Assembly (NCBI GenBank): GCA_049414425.1
Contig: JBMSAO010000037.1
Coordinates: forward strand, 1,731-65,730
Origin: Desulfurococcaceae archaeon
Lineage (GTDB): Archaea > Thermoproteota > Thermoprotei_A > Sulfolobales > Desulfurococcaceae
DNA length: 64,000 bases
Direction of reading: 5' to 3'
Shown here: positions 1 to 7,911 of the stretch, piece after piece
Layout of the letters: every line of letters starts with the position of its first letter
Position numbering within the stretch: position 1 is the stretch's first letter
Notes under the pieces: generated by a model
What the model saw: only the letters and a program-made list of their open reading frames with translations
Told to the model about the DNA's origin: nothing
Database searches by the model: none
Translations under genes and position numbers: made by a program

Positions 1-1
1 A

Positions 2-1378
2 CTAGTAGGTGGTGGATTTAGACCAGGACTACACGTCATAGCAGTATATAAAACAGCAGTAGAGAGTGGAGTAGTATACGTCCTTACAGATACGGTAGTA
101 GCCTATGCACACTTCACTGTTACCGAGGAGGGTGATATTATAGCTGGAAAAATAGATGAGTTGAAAGAAGTACTAGTACTGCTTATAAATAGTAGTAGAG
201 AAGAGATTTTAATTAGAATCGATAACAACACAGTCACAATTCTCAGCGAGCTACGCGAAATTAAAACAGACCTGGCAACACTACTAGAACTACTAGAAGG
301 AATCAACGCTACGTTAATTGAGATAAAAGGCGACATCGCCACTATTAGTACAAATGTTGGCTATATTAGAGTAAAAGTAGACTTCCTCGAGCGGCTCATT
401 AACTTATCGAGAGAGGCCATTATTGAAGAGATTCGTGATGGCGTAGCAGTAATTCAACTCAATATCGGCAATCTCCGTGTCGAAATCCGCGCTAAATTAG
501 ACGCGATTAACGCTACGTTAATTGAGATAAAAGGCGACATCGCCACTATTAGTACAAATGTTGGCGAGATTAAAGCTAGAGTAGACACTCTTAGAGACCT
601 CATTGAGAGCTCGAGAATTGCGATTATCACTGAAATCCGCGATGGCGTTGCTACGATACAGACTGATCTCGCTGAGATCAAGGCAGTGCTCGACGCTCTC
701 GAGCCAGTAATTATTGATATTAATGACACTGTAGTGACTATTCTAACTAGAATTGGCGAGCTCCAGGCAGACCTCTCAATGATCAGAGATCTCATTGACA
801 ACTCGACGAGCGCGATTATCACTGAAATCCGCGGTGGAATAGCTGTAATTCAGACTAATATTAGTAGTATTAGCGCTAAATTAGACGCGATTAACGCTAC
901 ACTAGTTGAAGTGATCGGGGAGGGTATTGGTAGATTAGAGACTGCTATTGGCGATCTACTAGTTGATCTCACTGCTATCAGGGAGCTCATTAGGGAGTCG
1001 CGTGAAATTATAATATCGAGAATTGATAACAGCACTGTTAAGATTCAGAGCGAGCTGGGAACAATAGCTATTAGTCTAAAAGCTATTAACGCGACTCTAC
1101 TAGAGAAACTGCTACCCGAGATATCTAGTGCAATAAACACGCTCTTATCAGGAGTCGAGAGCGGAATTAGGGTTGAAGTAAGTGAGGTGAGAAGCTTAGT
1201 AGAAACCGTTTCGAAAACAGTGAGTGATATTAAGAGCGACACTGAGACTATAAAAGAGAGCACCGCGGCGATGCCCACAGTCTCTACGGCTGTGTGGCTC
1301 GCAGTAGTATTCTCGCTAATAGCGGCAATACTCTCAGCACTAGTAACAATAGGTGTAAGAGTAAGACTAGCTAGCTAA
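2..1378 (+). CDS. 5'-truncated surface-anchored coiled-coil repeat protein (S-layer-stalk/tetrabrachion-like) with C-terminal TM anchor
   Basis: The frame of ORF 161..1378 stays open back to base 2, so the gene enters from upstream of the window. About 68-aa tandem repeats begin INATL(I/V)E. At least 11 N-x-S/T sequons. C-terminal hydrophobic segment AVWLAVVFSLIAAILSALVTIGV followed by RVRLAS. Confidence 0.7.
   Translation, partial: LVGGGFRPGLHVIAVYKTAVESGVVYVLTDTVVAYAHFTVTEEGDIIAGKIDELKEVLVLLINSSREEILIRIDNNTVTILSELREIKTDLATLLELLEGINATLIEIKGDIATISTNVGYIRVKVDFLERLINLSREAIIEEIRDGVAVIQLNIGNLRVEIRAKLDAINATLIEIKGDIATISTNVGEIKARVDTLRDLIESSRIAIITEIRDGVATIQTDLAEIKAVLDALEPVIIDINDTVVTILTRIGELQADLSMIRDLIDNSTSAIITEIRGGIAVIQTNISSISAKLDAINATLVEVIGEGIGRLETAIGDLLVDLTAIRELIRESREIIISRIDNSTVKIQSELGTIAISLKAINATLLEKLLPEISSAINTLLSGVESGIRVEVSEVRSLVETVSKTVSDIKSDTETIKESTAAMPTVSTAVWLAVVFSLIAAILSALVTIGVRVRLAS
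302..1140 (+). repeat. In-frame ~200-bp tandem repeats inside the coiled-coil gene
   Basis: 305-361 is identical to 509-565 (57 bp, 204-bp offset). 620-641 is identical to 812-833 (22 bp). Degenerate further INATL copies start near 890 and 1085. Confidence 0.85.
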
Positions 1379-1394
1379 ATTCCACGTAAACACA

Positions 1395-1450
1395 TTTTTC
1401 CCTCCTTGTTCTACCCTCGAACTCCTCTTTCCCTAGTCCCCGAGTTCGAG
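1395..1450 (+). terminator. Possible terminator region: T5 tract plus 9-bp hairpin
   Basis: TTTTT at 1395-1399, 17 nt after the stop codon. CTCGAACTC (1416-1424) is perfectly complementary to GAGTTCGAG (1442-1450). Confidence 0.3.
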
Positions 1451-1515
1451 TAGCCGTGTAAATTTTGTAAAGTTTATTACTAGTCTCTTCACTCCACTAG
1501 TTTAGCGTGGGGTAA

Positions 1516-2112
1516 GTGACTTTGACTGTTATAGAAGAGCGTAAATCTCTCTTCGCTAGGAGAGATCTCGTTGTGAAATTACAGGAAATTGCTAGTAGTA
1601 GGGGTATTAGTCTGTATAGTCTAGTTAATAGTGTTTTCGAGAACTACATTAAGCTCAGTGAGAGTGGTGTTAACCCTGAGGAGGCGCTTGATCTAATTAA
1701 ACTAGTAGTTAAAGCCAGGTCGGCCGGCTTTATTCTGGTGCCCGAGAAAGCGTGGTGCAGGCTTCTAGAACTAGCTGGAGACGCGCTGAGTACTACTAGT
1801 ACTGAGTGGAGAGAGCTCGGCGTACTAGTAGCTAAACAGCTCGCAGAGACCCCGGGGGATAGCGTACTAGTGTACTTATCAAAGCTCTTAGAGCTCATGG
1901 GGGTTCGCGAAGCGCTTGTCAAAGAGAGTAACGGGGCTCTTAAAGTGAGAGTTACTAGTACACCCCTGTGTAGCGGGTCTTCTAGACTACTCCTCGAGTT
2001 TATTACGGGATTTCTCGCTGGGTTAGACTACAGCGTTGAGATCTTAGAGGCCAGTGGGGGTATTATTACCTTAACGGCTAAGAACACGGGGCTGAGAGTA
2101 GGTGATTATTAA
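1516..2112 (+). CDS. Hypothetical protein, paralog A of a tandem pair
   Basis: ORF with recognisable similarity to the next ORF along its whole length, e.g. ISLYSLVNSVFENYI vs TSLSKFVEDAVNHAV and LLLEFITGFLAGLDYSVEILE vs IARFLEGLISGLACTVTRVE. Confidence 0.6.
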   Translation: MTLTVIEERKSLFARRDLVVKLQEIASSRGISLYSLVNSVFENYIKLSESGVNPEEALDLIKLVVKARSAGFILVPEKAWCRLLELAGDALSTTSTEWRELGVLVAKQLAETPGDSVLVYLSKLLELMGVREALVKESNGALKVRVTSTPLCSGSSRLLLEFITGFLAGLDYSVEILEASGGIITLTAKNTGLRVGDY

Positions 2113-2674
2113 AAGCGAGAAGAAACTAGTTCCAGTATCAGTGAGTGCTATTAGCAGGGCTTCCCAGGTCGCTAAGAGAAAAATGACTTCACTTAGTAAA
2201 TTCGTTGAAGACGCTGTGAACCATGCTGTTAGAGTAGAGGAGGAGTTGGGGCTTGGTCTCGAGGATGCGTACAGTCTACTAAGAGCAGTCAAGACGCTCA
2301 GAGTTCTAGGTGGAGTATTCATACCACAACCAGTACTAGAGTGCCTAGTAGACGGAGAGTGTGGAGTTAGTAGAGAGAGGCTACTAGAGAAGTGGTTTGA
2401 GAGTGGAAAGCTCTACGGAGTCTACTTGAGAGACTCTACTAGCAGATCTGAGGTGCTGGGTGCTTTTCTCAGAGTTCTGAGGTGGGATTTTAGCGAGGTG
2501 CGTGTAGATAATGAAGGTAGTAGTTGTAGAGTTAGGTGTGTAGCGACATCTATTACTAGTGAGGAGACCGAGTATATTGCCAGGTTCTTAGAGGGGCTTA
2601 TTAGTGGATTAGCTTGTACTGTAACTCGCGTAGAGTGCATTAAGGGGCTTGTCGCTGTAGAGTTCAAGTGCTAA
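2102..2674 (+). CDS. Hypothetical protein, paralog B of a tandem pair
   Basis: GTG start at 2102 overlaps the previous gene by 11 nt. Similar domain layout to 1516..2112. Confidence 0.6.
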   Translation: MIIKSEKKLVPVSVSAISRASQVAKRKMTSLSKFVEDAVNHAVRVEEELGLGLEDAYSLLRAVKTLRVLGGVFIPQPVLECLVDGECGVSRERLLEKWFESGKLYGVYLRDSTSRSEVLGAFLRVLRWDFSEVRVDNEGSSCRVRCVATSITSEETEYIARFLEGLISGLACTVTRVECIKGLVAVEFKC

Positions 2675-2688
2675 CTAGAGAGGTGTGC

Positions 2689-3363
2689 TTACTCCGAGAA
2701 GAGGCGTTTTCGCAGACGGAGTAGCCAGCGAATAAAGTTAAGCCTCGACTTAAAACCACTCTTAATAGACTCTACCTCCCTGCTCAACTCCTCAATTCTT
2801 CTACTAGTAGCACTCTCTAGTCTCTCTACTTCATATCCGAGCCTCGCGACCTCCTCTCTAACAATAATTCTCATCTTCTCGAGCAGACTGGTAACGAGAA
2901 CTCTGTCAATGTACTCAGCTAGAAAACTCATGGGGATAGCTCTGGAGACGTTTTGCGCTACTGAAATTAGCATTTCTATACTTGATAGTCTAGACTTGAC
3001 ATCTTCTACGCTAAACTTACCTCCCTGAGAGCACAGTGTATTTAGAGCCCACGCTGTATCCCACGAGGAGAGAACCCAGTCTCCGAGTATTCTCGAGAGC
3101 TTCTCGACAGCTCTAATAAGGACCTCTTCAGACCACTCGCCACTCTTCTCAGCACTCTCAATGATGTCTCTTAGATTAAAGTGCACTACAAGGCCCTTCA
3201 CGGCCTCTTCTACAGCTCCGTACAGCTTTCCACAAGCTTGTGGCAAGTCTCTCTCAATAAGCCCTCTACCCTCTTCAAAATACCTTAAAGCTAGTTCAAA
3301 GTAGGGAGCGGCGTAAACTCTGAAAACACTAGGACTCCTCGACTCTGGCGCACTAGCACTCAC
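2689..3363 (-). CDS. PaREP1-like (HEPN-superfamily-like) helical protein with C-terminal coiled coil
   Basis: N-terminal pattern LALRYFEEGRGLIERDLPQACGKLYGAVEEAVKGL ... SWDTAWALNTL resembles the archaeal PaREP1 family recalled from memory. The C-terminal ~70 aa are heptad-like. Confidence 0.45.
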   Translation of the reverse strand: MSASAPESRSPSVFRVYAAPYFELALRYFEEGRGLIERDLPQACGKLYGAVEEAVKGLVVHFNLRDIIESAEKSGEWSEEVLIRAVEKLSRILGDWVLSSWDTAWALNTLCSQGGKFSVEDVKSRLSSIEMLISVAQNVSRAIPMSFLAEYIDRVLVTSLLEKMRIIVREEVARLGYEVERLESATSRRIEELSREVESIKSGFKSRLNFIRWLLRLRKRLFSE

Positions 3364-3399
3364 AGCTAAGACCCCTCCAAGTAATTAAGTTAAAACTAG

Positions 3400-3417
3400 A
3401 CAATATAAAAATATTGT
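3400..3417. promoter_or_regulatory. AT-rich palindrome (TATA-like) in a divergent promoter region
   Basis: ACAATAT-aaaa-ATATTGT: 7-bp perfect arms, 37 nt upstream of the minus-strand start at 3363. Confidence 0.3.
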
Positions 3418-3555
3418 TCACGCGAGAAACACGCTTAGTAGGGATCACGCCTCTAAGCACTCCTTTACCGCTCCAGGGCCCCCGGTCGCTCAAATTAATA
3501 TACTCTAATTAATATATCCTACAGTACTATGTAGTCTTCTGCCTAGGGGAGGGGT

Positions 3556-4476
3556 TTGAGAGAGCGCTTTAGAAGAGCACTTGGAGTATTTACTGGGAAG
3601 TACGCTAAACTAGTAGTATTAGGACTAGTGTTCTTAGCTGGACTAGTAGTTGTAGTTGCAGACGGGATCACAGAGTACACTTGGATATACCCGCTGAATA
3701 GACCCCGCGAGGTCACGGCTCTCTACGCTAAGAGCTCTACTAGTATAGCGATAATTAACGCGGAGACTGGAGAGAGAAATCTCGTAGTTTTAAGCGGCGT
3801 CTTAACGAGTAGTGTTCTGAGTGAGTGCTCTACGTGCTACGCTGTAGTATTAGCTAGTGGAGTAAACTTCTACACTCTGCTCTTCACACTCATACTCGCA
3901 GTGTTAACGGGACTAGTAGTGTACACTGAGAGTAGAATTAAACCACTAGTTGTAGTAGTGCTGGCGCTCTTCACACTAGCCATTGTAGCTATGTACCTGT
4001 ATGTTAGAGCAGGAGAGTCTGCTGGATACAATGTAGTGAACTACTATGATTTAATAACTCAAGATAAACTGAGCTACAAGGGCTTTCAGCGAGTCATCCT
4101 CGCTGAGGATAATAAAGTTAAAATACTCCAAGGAGGCTTCCACGCGTACAGTGACTACGCGGGGGAGCTCTCACTAATTAGTATTAGAGTGCGCTATAGG
4201 GCTAGTGACGCAATTATACTAGTAAATACTAGTAGAGGGGCCCTAGAAGTGCAAAACAGCACTACACTGTACGCTACTGGTAGAGTAGAGTTACTAGTAC
4301 TCCCCGGGGAAGGGGGGGTTAATGTCGAAGTAGAGTACTATAGACTAGAATTCGCAGAGAAGACCACACAAGCACCACTATACTTCACGATAACTCTACT
4401 CTCAGTAATAGCTCAGTGCACTCTAGTAACAGTGAGGTCTGCGAGAGTACTGAGGAGGAAGCACCAGGTAGCGTAA
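3556..4476 (+). CDS. Hypothetical multi-pass membrane protein
   Basis: Several long hydrophobic segments (LVVLGLVFLAGLVVVVA, FYTLLFTLILAVLTGLVVY, LVVVVLALFTLAIVAMYLYV, LYFTITLLSVIAQCTLV). No recognisable motifs. Confidence 0.55.
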   Translation: MRERFRRALGVFTGKYAKLVVLGLVFLAGLVVVVADGITEYTWIYPLNRPREVTALYAKSSTSIAIINAETGERNLVVLSGVLTSSVLSECSTCYAVVLASGVNFYTLLFTLILAVLTGLVVYTESRIKPLVVVVLALFTLAIVAMYLYVRAGESAGYNVVNYYDLITQDKLSYKGFQRVILAEDNKVKILQGGFHAYSDYAGELSLISIRVRYRASDAIILVNTSRGALEVQNSTTLYATGRVELLVLPGEGGVNVEVEYYRLEFAEKTTQAPLYFTITLLSVIAQCTLVTVRSARVLRRKHQVA

Positions 4477-4516
4477 GCTTATAAGTGCGGGCACTAGTCT
4501 TTTACTCTAAGGGTGT

Positions 4517-4626
4517 GCCGCCGTAGCTCAGCCCGGTAGAGCGCCGGACTCATACGGGTACAGGTGTTGACACGGGGTCGGCCCTGAGGGATCCGGTCGT
4601 CCCGGGTTCAAATCCCGGCGGCGGCA
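4517..4626 (+). tRNA. tRNA with CAU anticodon (elongator Met or Ile2) with 36-nt intron
   Basis: Hand-folded cloverleaf: acceptor GCCGCCG/CGGCGGC, D arm GCTC-AGCCCGGTA-GAGC, anticodon stem CCGGA/TCCGG, loop CTCATA[intron 4555-4590]A, T arm CCGGG-TTCAAAT-CCCGG, discriminator A. G1:C72 means it is not the initiator. Confidence 0.85.
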
Positions 4627-4689
4627 CATCTAGCTGTCTCCTAAAGACTTATAACTCCTCTACTTCTACGCTTCTAGAGGTGTCTTGTA

Positions 4690-5733
4690 GTGAGCGAGGT
4701 GCCTAGCTTCGCGTATGGTGTTGTAAAAGCTCTAGATGTGAGAGAGAGGAGTATTCACGAGTTACTTCTAGAGATGAGTAATGTGTCTTTTCAGGGCAGG
4801 GCGCTGGGGGAGGCGTACAGAATACTAATAGATATGTTTAGCGACCCCGACAGCACTATTTTCCTCGGATTAGCCGGGTCGATGAGCACTGCTGGCATGT
4901 GGAGAATTATTAAGTGGCTTGTAGAGGAGAGATATGTCGACGTAGTAGTCTCAACGGGCGCTATTATAAGTGAGGACGTATACGAGGCTATGGGGTTTAA
5001 GTACTACAAGGTACACCCCTGTATAGACGACGCTATACTACTAAAGTACAAGTATGATAGGTTTTACGACACAGTGGCGAGTGAGCTGGACTACAGGAAA
5101 ATGGAGCTGTTAATTAAAGACTTCGTCGAGACTCTACCGGATAACAGCGTGTACTCTACCGCGGAGTTCCTCTACGAGTTTGGTAAGTACTTGAACGAGA
5201 AGGGCGTTGACAGCATTGTGGCAGCCGCGTACAGGGCTAGAGTGCCAGTATTCTCTCCAGCACTAGTTGACAGTGCTTATGGCATGGCACTACTAATGGC
5301 GTACAGGAGAGGTGAGAGAGTAGTACTCGACATGGTGAGAGACTTCTACCAGCTGGTGGAAATAGGTAGGCGTGCCAAGAAGCTCTCAGCAATATACATT
5401 GGTGGAGGGGTGCCGAAGGACTACGTAAACTTAGTAACAGTAGCACAGACACTAATAGCAGAGTACGAAGAGGGCATACACGACTACTACAAGAGCTTCG
5501 AGTACATAGTTCAGTTCACAACAGATATGCCACAGTGGGGAGGTCTCAGCGGGGCGACACTAGAAGAGGCAGTGAGCTGGGGTAAAGTAGCGGCACACGC
5601 TAAGAAAAAAACGGTGCACGTAGACGCGACAATAGCACTGCCACTCATAGCGCACGGACTAAAAACAGGAAGAGTAAAGAGAAGTAGGTCGCAGGAAACA
5701 CTAGACGTAGTAGTACACGCTAAGAAGAACTAG
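4690..5733 (+). CDS. dys: Deoxyhypusine synthase
   Basis: Family-typical stretches GRALGEAYRIL, IFLGLAGSMSTAGMW, VDVVVSTGAIISEDVYEA, GGGVPKDY. Length 347 aa. Confidence 0.85.
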   Translation: MSEVPSFAYGVVKALDVRERSIHELLLEMSNVSFQGRALGEAYRILIDMFSDPDSTIFLGLAGSMSTAGMWRIIKWLVEERYVDVVVSTGAIISEDVYEAMGFKYYKVHPCIDDAILLKYKYDRFYDTVASELDYRKMELLIKDFVETLPDNSVYSTAEFLYEFGKYLNEKGVDSIVAAAYRARVPVFSPALVDSAYGMALLMAYRRGERVVLDMVRDFYQLVEIGRRAKKLSAIYIGGGVPKDYVNLVTVAQTLIAEYEEGIHDYYKSFEYIVQFTTDMPQWGGLSGATLEEAVSWGKVAAHAKKKTVHVDATIALPLIAHGLKTGRVKRSRSQETLDVVVHAKKN

Positions 5734-6310
5734 AAGCATCGGGCTCAGACTCCTCAAGATCATTAATTAAGATGTAGGTAAGAGGCTCATTGAGATATCT
5801 ATGAAACATCAGTAAGAATAGTTGAGAAAGCAAGACAAATACAATACGCTCATACATAGAGGGGTCTTTATATTTTAAACACTTGAGGTCTGCGGCTTTA
5901 ACTCTCTCAGCTGTAATAACTCTCATAGTTTCGAAAAACTCCGAGAATTTATTTATTAATTCTCCCATGTCTTCTCTGAGGCGGTTTAGTTCACTAGCTA
6001 ATATAAATGGCAAGTTCAACCTGTAGTAAACCTCAACCCTAAATCTCTTAGGATGCTCAGTAGCTTCTACTACGACACCGGCTTCTTTAAGCTTTCTCAA
6101 GTGATCATGTACTGTAGAGGGGGCGAGATCGAGCGCAGCCGATAGTTCTTTTAGCGTTAAGGGGCCGCGTGTAGCGAGTAAGTGCACAATAGCCCGTCTC
6201 GCCCGTGTCTCTAGTACACTAGTAACTCCAGTTACGGGTCCGTGACTACCTACAAACACTTTCCTACCATAGTACTCAACTGAGTGTTTCTTGTCTAAAG
6301 ACACTTTCAC
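5720..6310 (-). CDS. ArsR-family winged-helix transcriptional regulator with ~100-aa C-terminal extension
   Basis: RRAIVHLLATRGPLTLKELSAALDLAPSTVHDHLRKLKEAGVVV is a typical ArsR/SmtB HTH. Divergent from the peptide/rSAM operon. Confidence 0.7.
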   Translation of the reverse strand: MKVSLDKKHSVEYYGRKVFVGSHGPVTGVTSVLETRARRAIVHLLATRGPLTLKELSAALDLAPSTVHDHLRKLKEAGVVVEATEHPKRFRVEVYYRLNLPFILASELNRLREDMGELINKFSEFFETMRVITAERVKAADLKCLKYKDPSMYERIVFVLLSQLFLLMFHRYLNEPLTYILINDLEESEPDASSSS

Positions 6311-6378
6311 ACCTTTTCTTTAATTCTTCGTTTTTCCTAAAATAGCTTATTAGGGGTTTAGGTATACGGCTTTTAGCT

Positions 6379-6418
6379 TTTTCGGAAATACACGAAAAGT
6401 TTAAACACCCTTAAAATT
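6379..6418. promoter_or_regulatory. Candidate operator (inverted repeat) plus TATA-like boxes for the peptide/rSAM operon
   Basis: TTTTCG (6379-6384) and CGAAAA (6393-6398) form a 6-bp inverted repeat with an 8-nt spacer. TTTAAA at 6400-6405 and TTAAAATT at 6411-6418. GGAGG at 6445-6449 precedes the GTG at 6460. Confidence 0.35.
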
Positions 6419-6459
6419 ACTATCAAATTTAGAAAATAACGTTTGGAGGGTCTGTCGCT

Positions 6460-6561
6460 GTGAAGAAGGTGAAAGTTGTAGTTCTCGAGAAGGGCTTTCT
6501 CAAAGTGAGAGAGCCCAACTTCTGCGCTAAATTGTGCAGAACTGTCTGCTCTGGTTATTAA
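6460..6561 (+). CDS. Candidate RiPP precursor peptide, 33 aa (not in ORF track)
   Basis: GTG start, stop TAA at 6559-6561. Translation: (M)KKVKVVVLEKGFLKVREPNFCAKLCRTVCSGY. In-frame TAG at 6430-6432 limits any upstream extension. GGAGG sits 11-15 nt upstream. The ORF ends 27 nt before the rSAM gene. Confidence 0.6.
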   Translation: MKKVKVVVLEKGFLKVREPNFCAKLCRTVCSGY

Positions 6562-6588
6562 ATAGCTAACTAATCAGTGGTGACATAA

Positions 6589-7911
6589 GTGAAGCTCTCC
6601 AAATTCAATATGTTTTTTAATCTCGACTCAGACTTCCTCGTTGCTTATAACTCTCTCTACGACTCCCTCGTGCTTATTGATAGAGAGATGGGTGAAGCTT
6701 TAAAGCAGGGCGATTTATCTCGTGTTTTAAGTGATGGTGAGGTTTTAAAGAGTCTCCTTGCAACTGGAATTCTAGTTTACGACGATTTCGACGAAGACTC
6801 TCACTTAAAGAGACTACGCGAATCCACTTTTTCGGGGAACTCCATATCTATATTCCTCTCGATTACGAGTAAGTGCAATCTTGCATGCAAATACTGCTAT
6901 CAGTCTACGAGGCCTCAAATCGAAGGTGAGGACTTAACACTCGAGAAGTGGAGAGTTCTCTACAATCACATAGTGAAGAGAGTTGAGGAAGAGGCTAGAG
7001 TAGTCTCTATTGCACTCTACGGTGGCGAGCCTCTATTAAATCCACGCGTAGCTCTAAGTGTTATAAGAGATCTCGATAAGCTAACACAAGAGTACAGCGT
7101 TAAGAGCGAAGTAGGTCTTATAACTAATGGCACTATTTACAATAGCGACGTAGAGGAAATCTACGAGCGGGTAGCTGTCACGCAGATTACTATTGATAGC
7201 CCCAGAGAAGTTCACAATGCGAGGAGGCCCTTTAAAACCGGTGAGGGGAGTTTTGACGTCATTTTCACTAATTTGCTGAAAATCGTGGATAGACACGCTG
7301 GTAGAGTAAGTGTGAGAACTAATATTGACGAACACAACGTGGATTACGTGAGCGACTTTATTGACATGTTAGCTGACCTCGGCCTCCAGGACAAAATAGT
7401 TGCTCTCGACATAATGCCAGTGTACCCTGACCAGGCTACTAAGTACAAGCCGTTTAAAACACCTAAGAGCTACTCAGAGTACTTCGTAAACACGGCTAAG
7501 AAGTCAGCGGAACTACTAGAGTACGCTGTAGAGCGAGGATTTAAAATTGCTAAGATATTCGTTAAGGGGCCCTGTCTCTGCAAGTTTAAGTATGGTGTGA
7601 GTGTAGACGAGAAGTTAAATGTGTATATCTGCCCAGCTTACATATACGACACGCCATCAGGCTATATTGGCGGTGTGAGCGCGGACTGGGGCTTCAAGAT
7701 CAAAGAAGAAGTTACGCGGGACCCTCCCTGTGTCTACACGTATAAATACGGCCCTATATGCTATGGAGGCTGCGTGTACTTGAAGTCCAAGGGCATACCT
7801 ACTTGTCTACGCGTTCTCTACGGCGAGGACTACTTAGAGAGACTTGTACGTGCTTACGTTTTCTCCAGGTATCGCGAGGTGATCGAGCGTGAGAGAAATA
7901 GTAGCAGTTGA
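6589..7911 (+). CDS. Radical SAM enzyme with SPASM-like C-terminal domain; probable peptide maturase
   Basis: CNLACKYC (CX3CX2C) at 6874-6897 and GGEPLL. About 85 aa of N-terminal extension (FLVAYNSLYDSLVLIDREMGEAL...LLATGILV) resembling a PqqD-like RiPP recognition element. Seven C-terminal Cys including VDEKLNVYIC and PICYGGC. Confidence 0.8.
   Translation: MKLSKFNMFFNLDSDFLVAYNSLYDSLVLIDREMGEALKQGDLSRVLSDGEVLKSLLATGILVYDDFDEDSHLKRLRESTFSGNSISIFLSITSKCNLACKYCYQSTRPQIEGEDLTLEKWRVLYNHIVKRVEEEARVVSIALYGGEPLLNPRVALSVIRDLDKLTQEYSVKSEVGLITNGTIYNSDVEEIYERVAVTQITIDSPREVHNARRPFKTGEGSFDVIFTNLLKIVDRHAGRVSVRTNIDEHNVDYVSDFIDMLADLGLQDKIVALDIMPVYPDQATKYKPFKTPKSYSEYFVNTAKKSAELLEYAVERGFKIAKIFVKGPCLCKFKYGVSVDEKLNVYICPAYIYDTPSGYIGGVSADWGFKIKEEVTRDPPCVYTYKYGPICYGGCVYLKSKGIPTCLRVLYGEDYLERLVRAYVFSRYREVIERERNSSS

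Noticed and set aside
103-1278. Minus-strand ORFs 103..342, 454..822, 850..1035 and 1045..1278, with Ser/Ile/Leu-rich low-complexity translations
   Set aside because: They are antisense shadows of the repetitive coiled-coil gene. They have no motifs, and their composition mirrors the sense-strand repeats.
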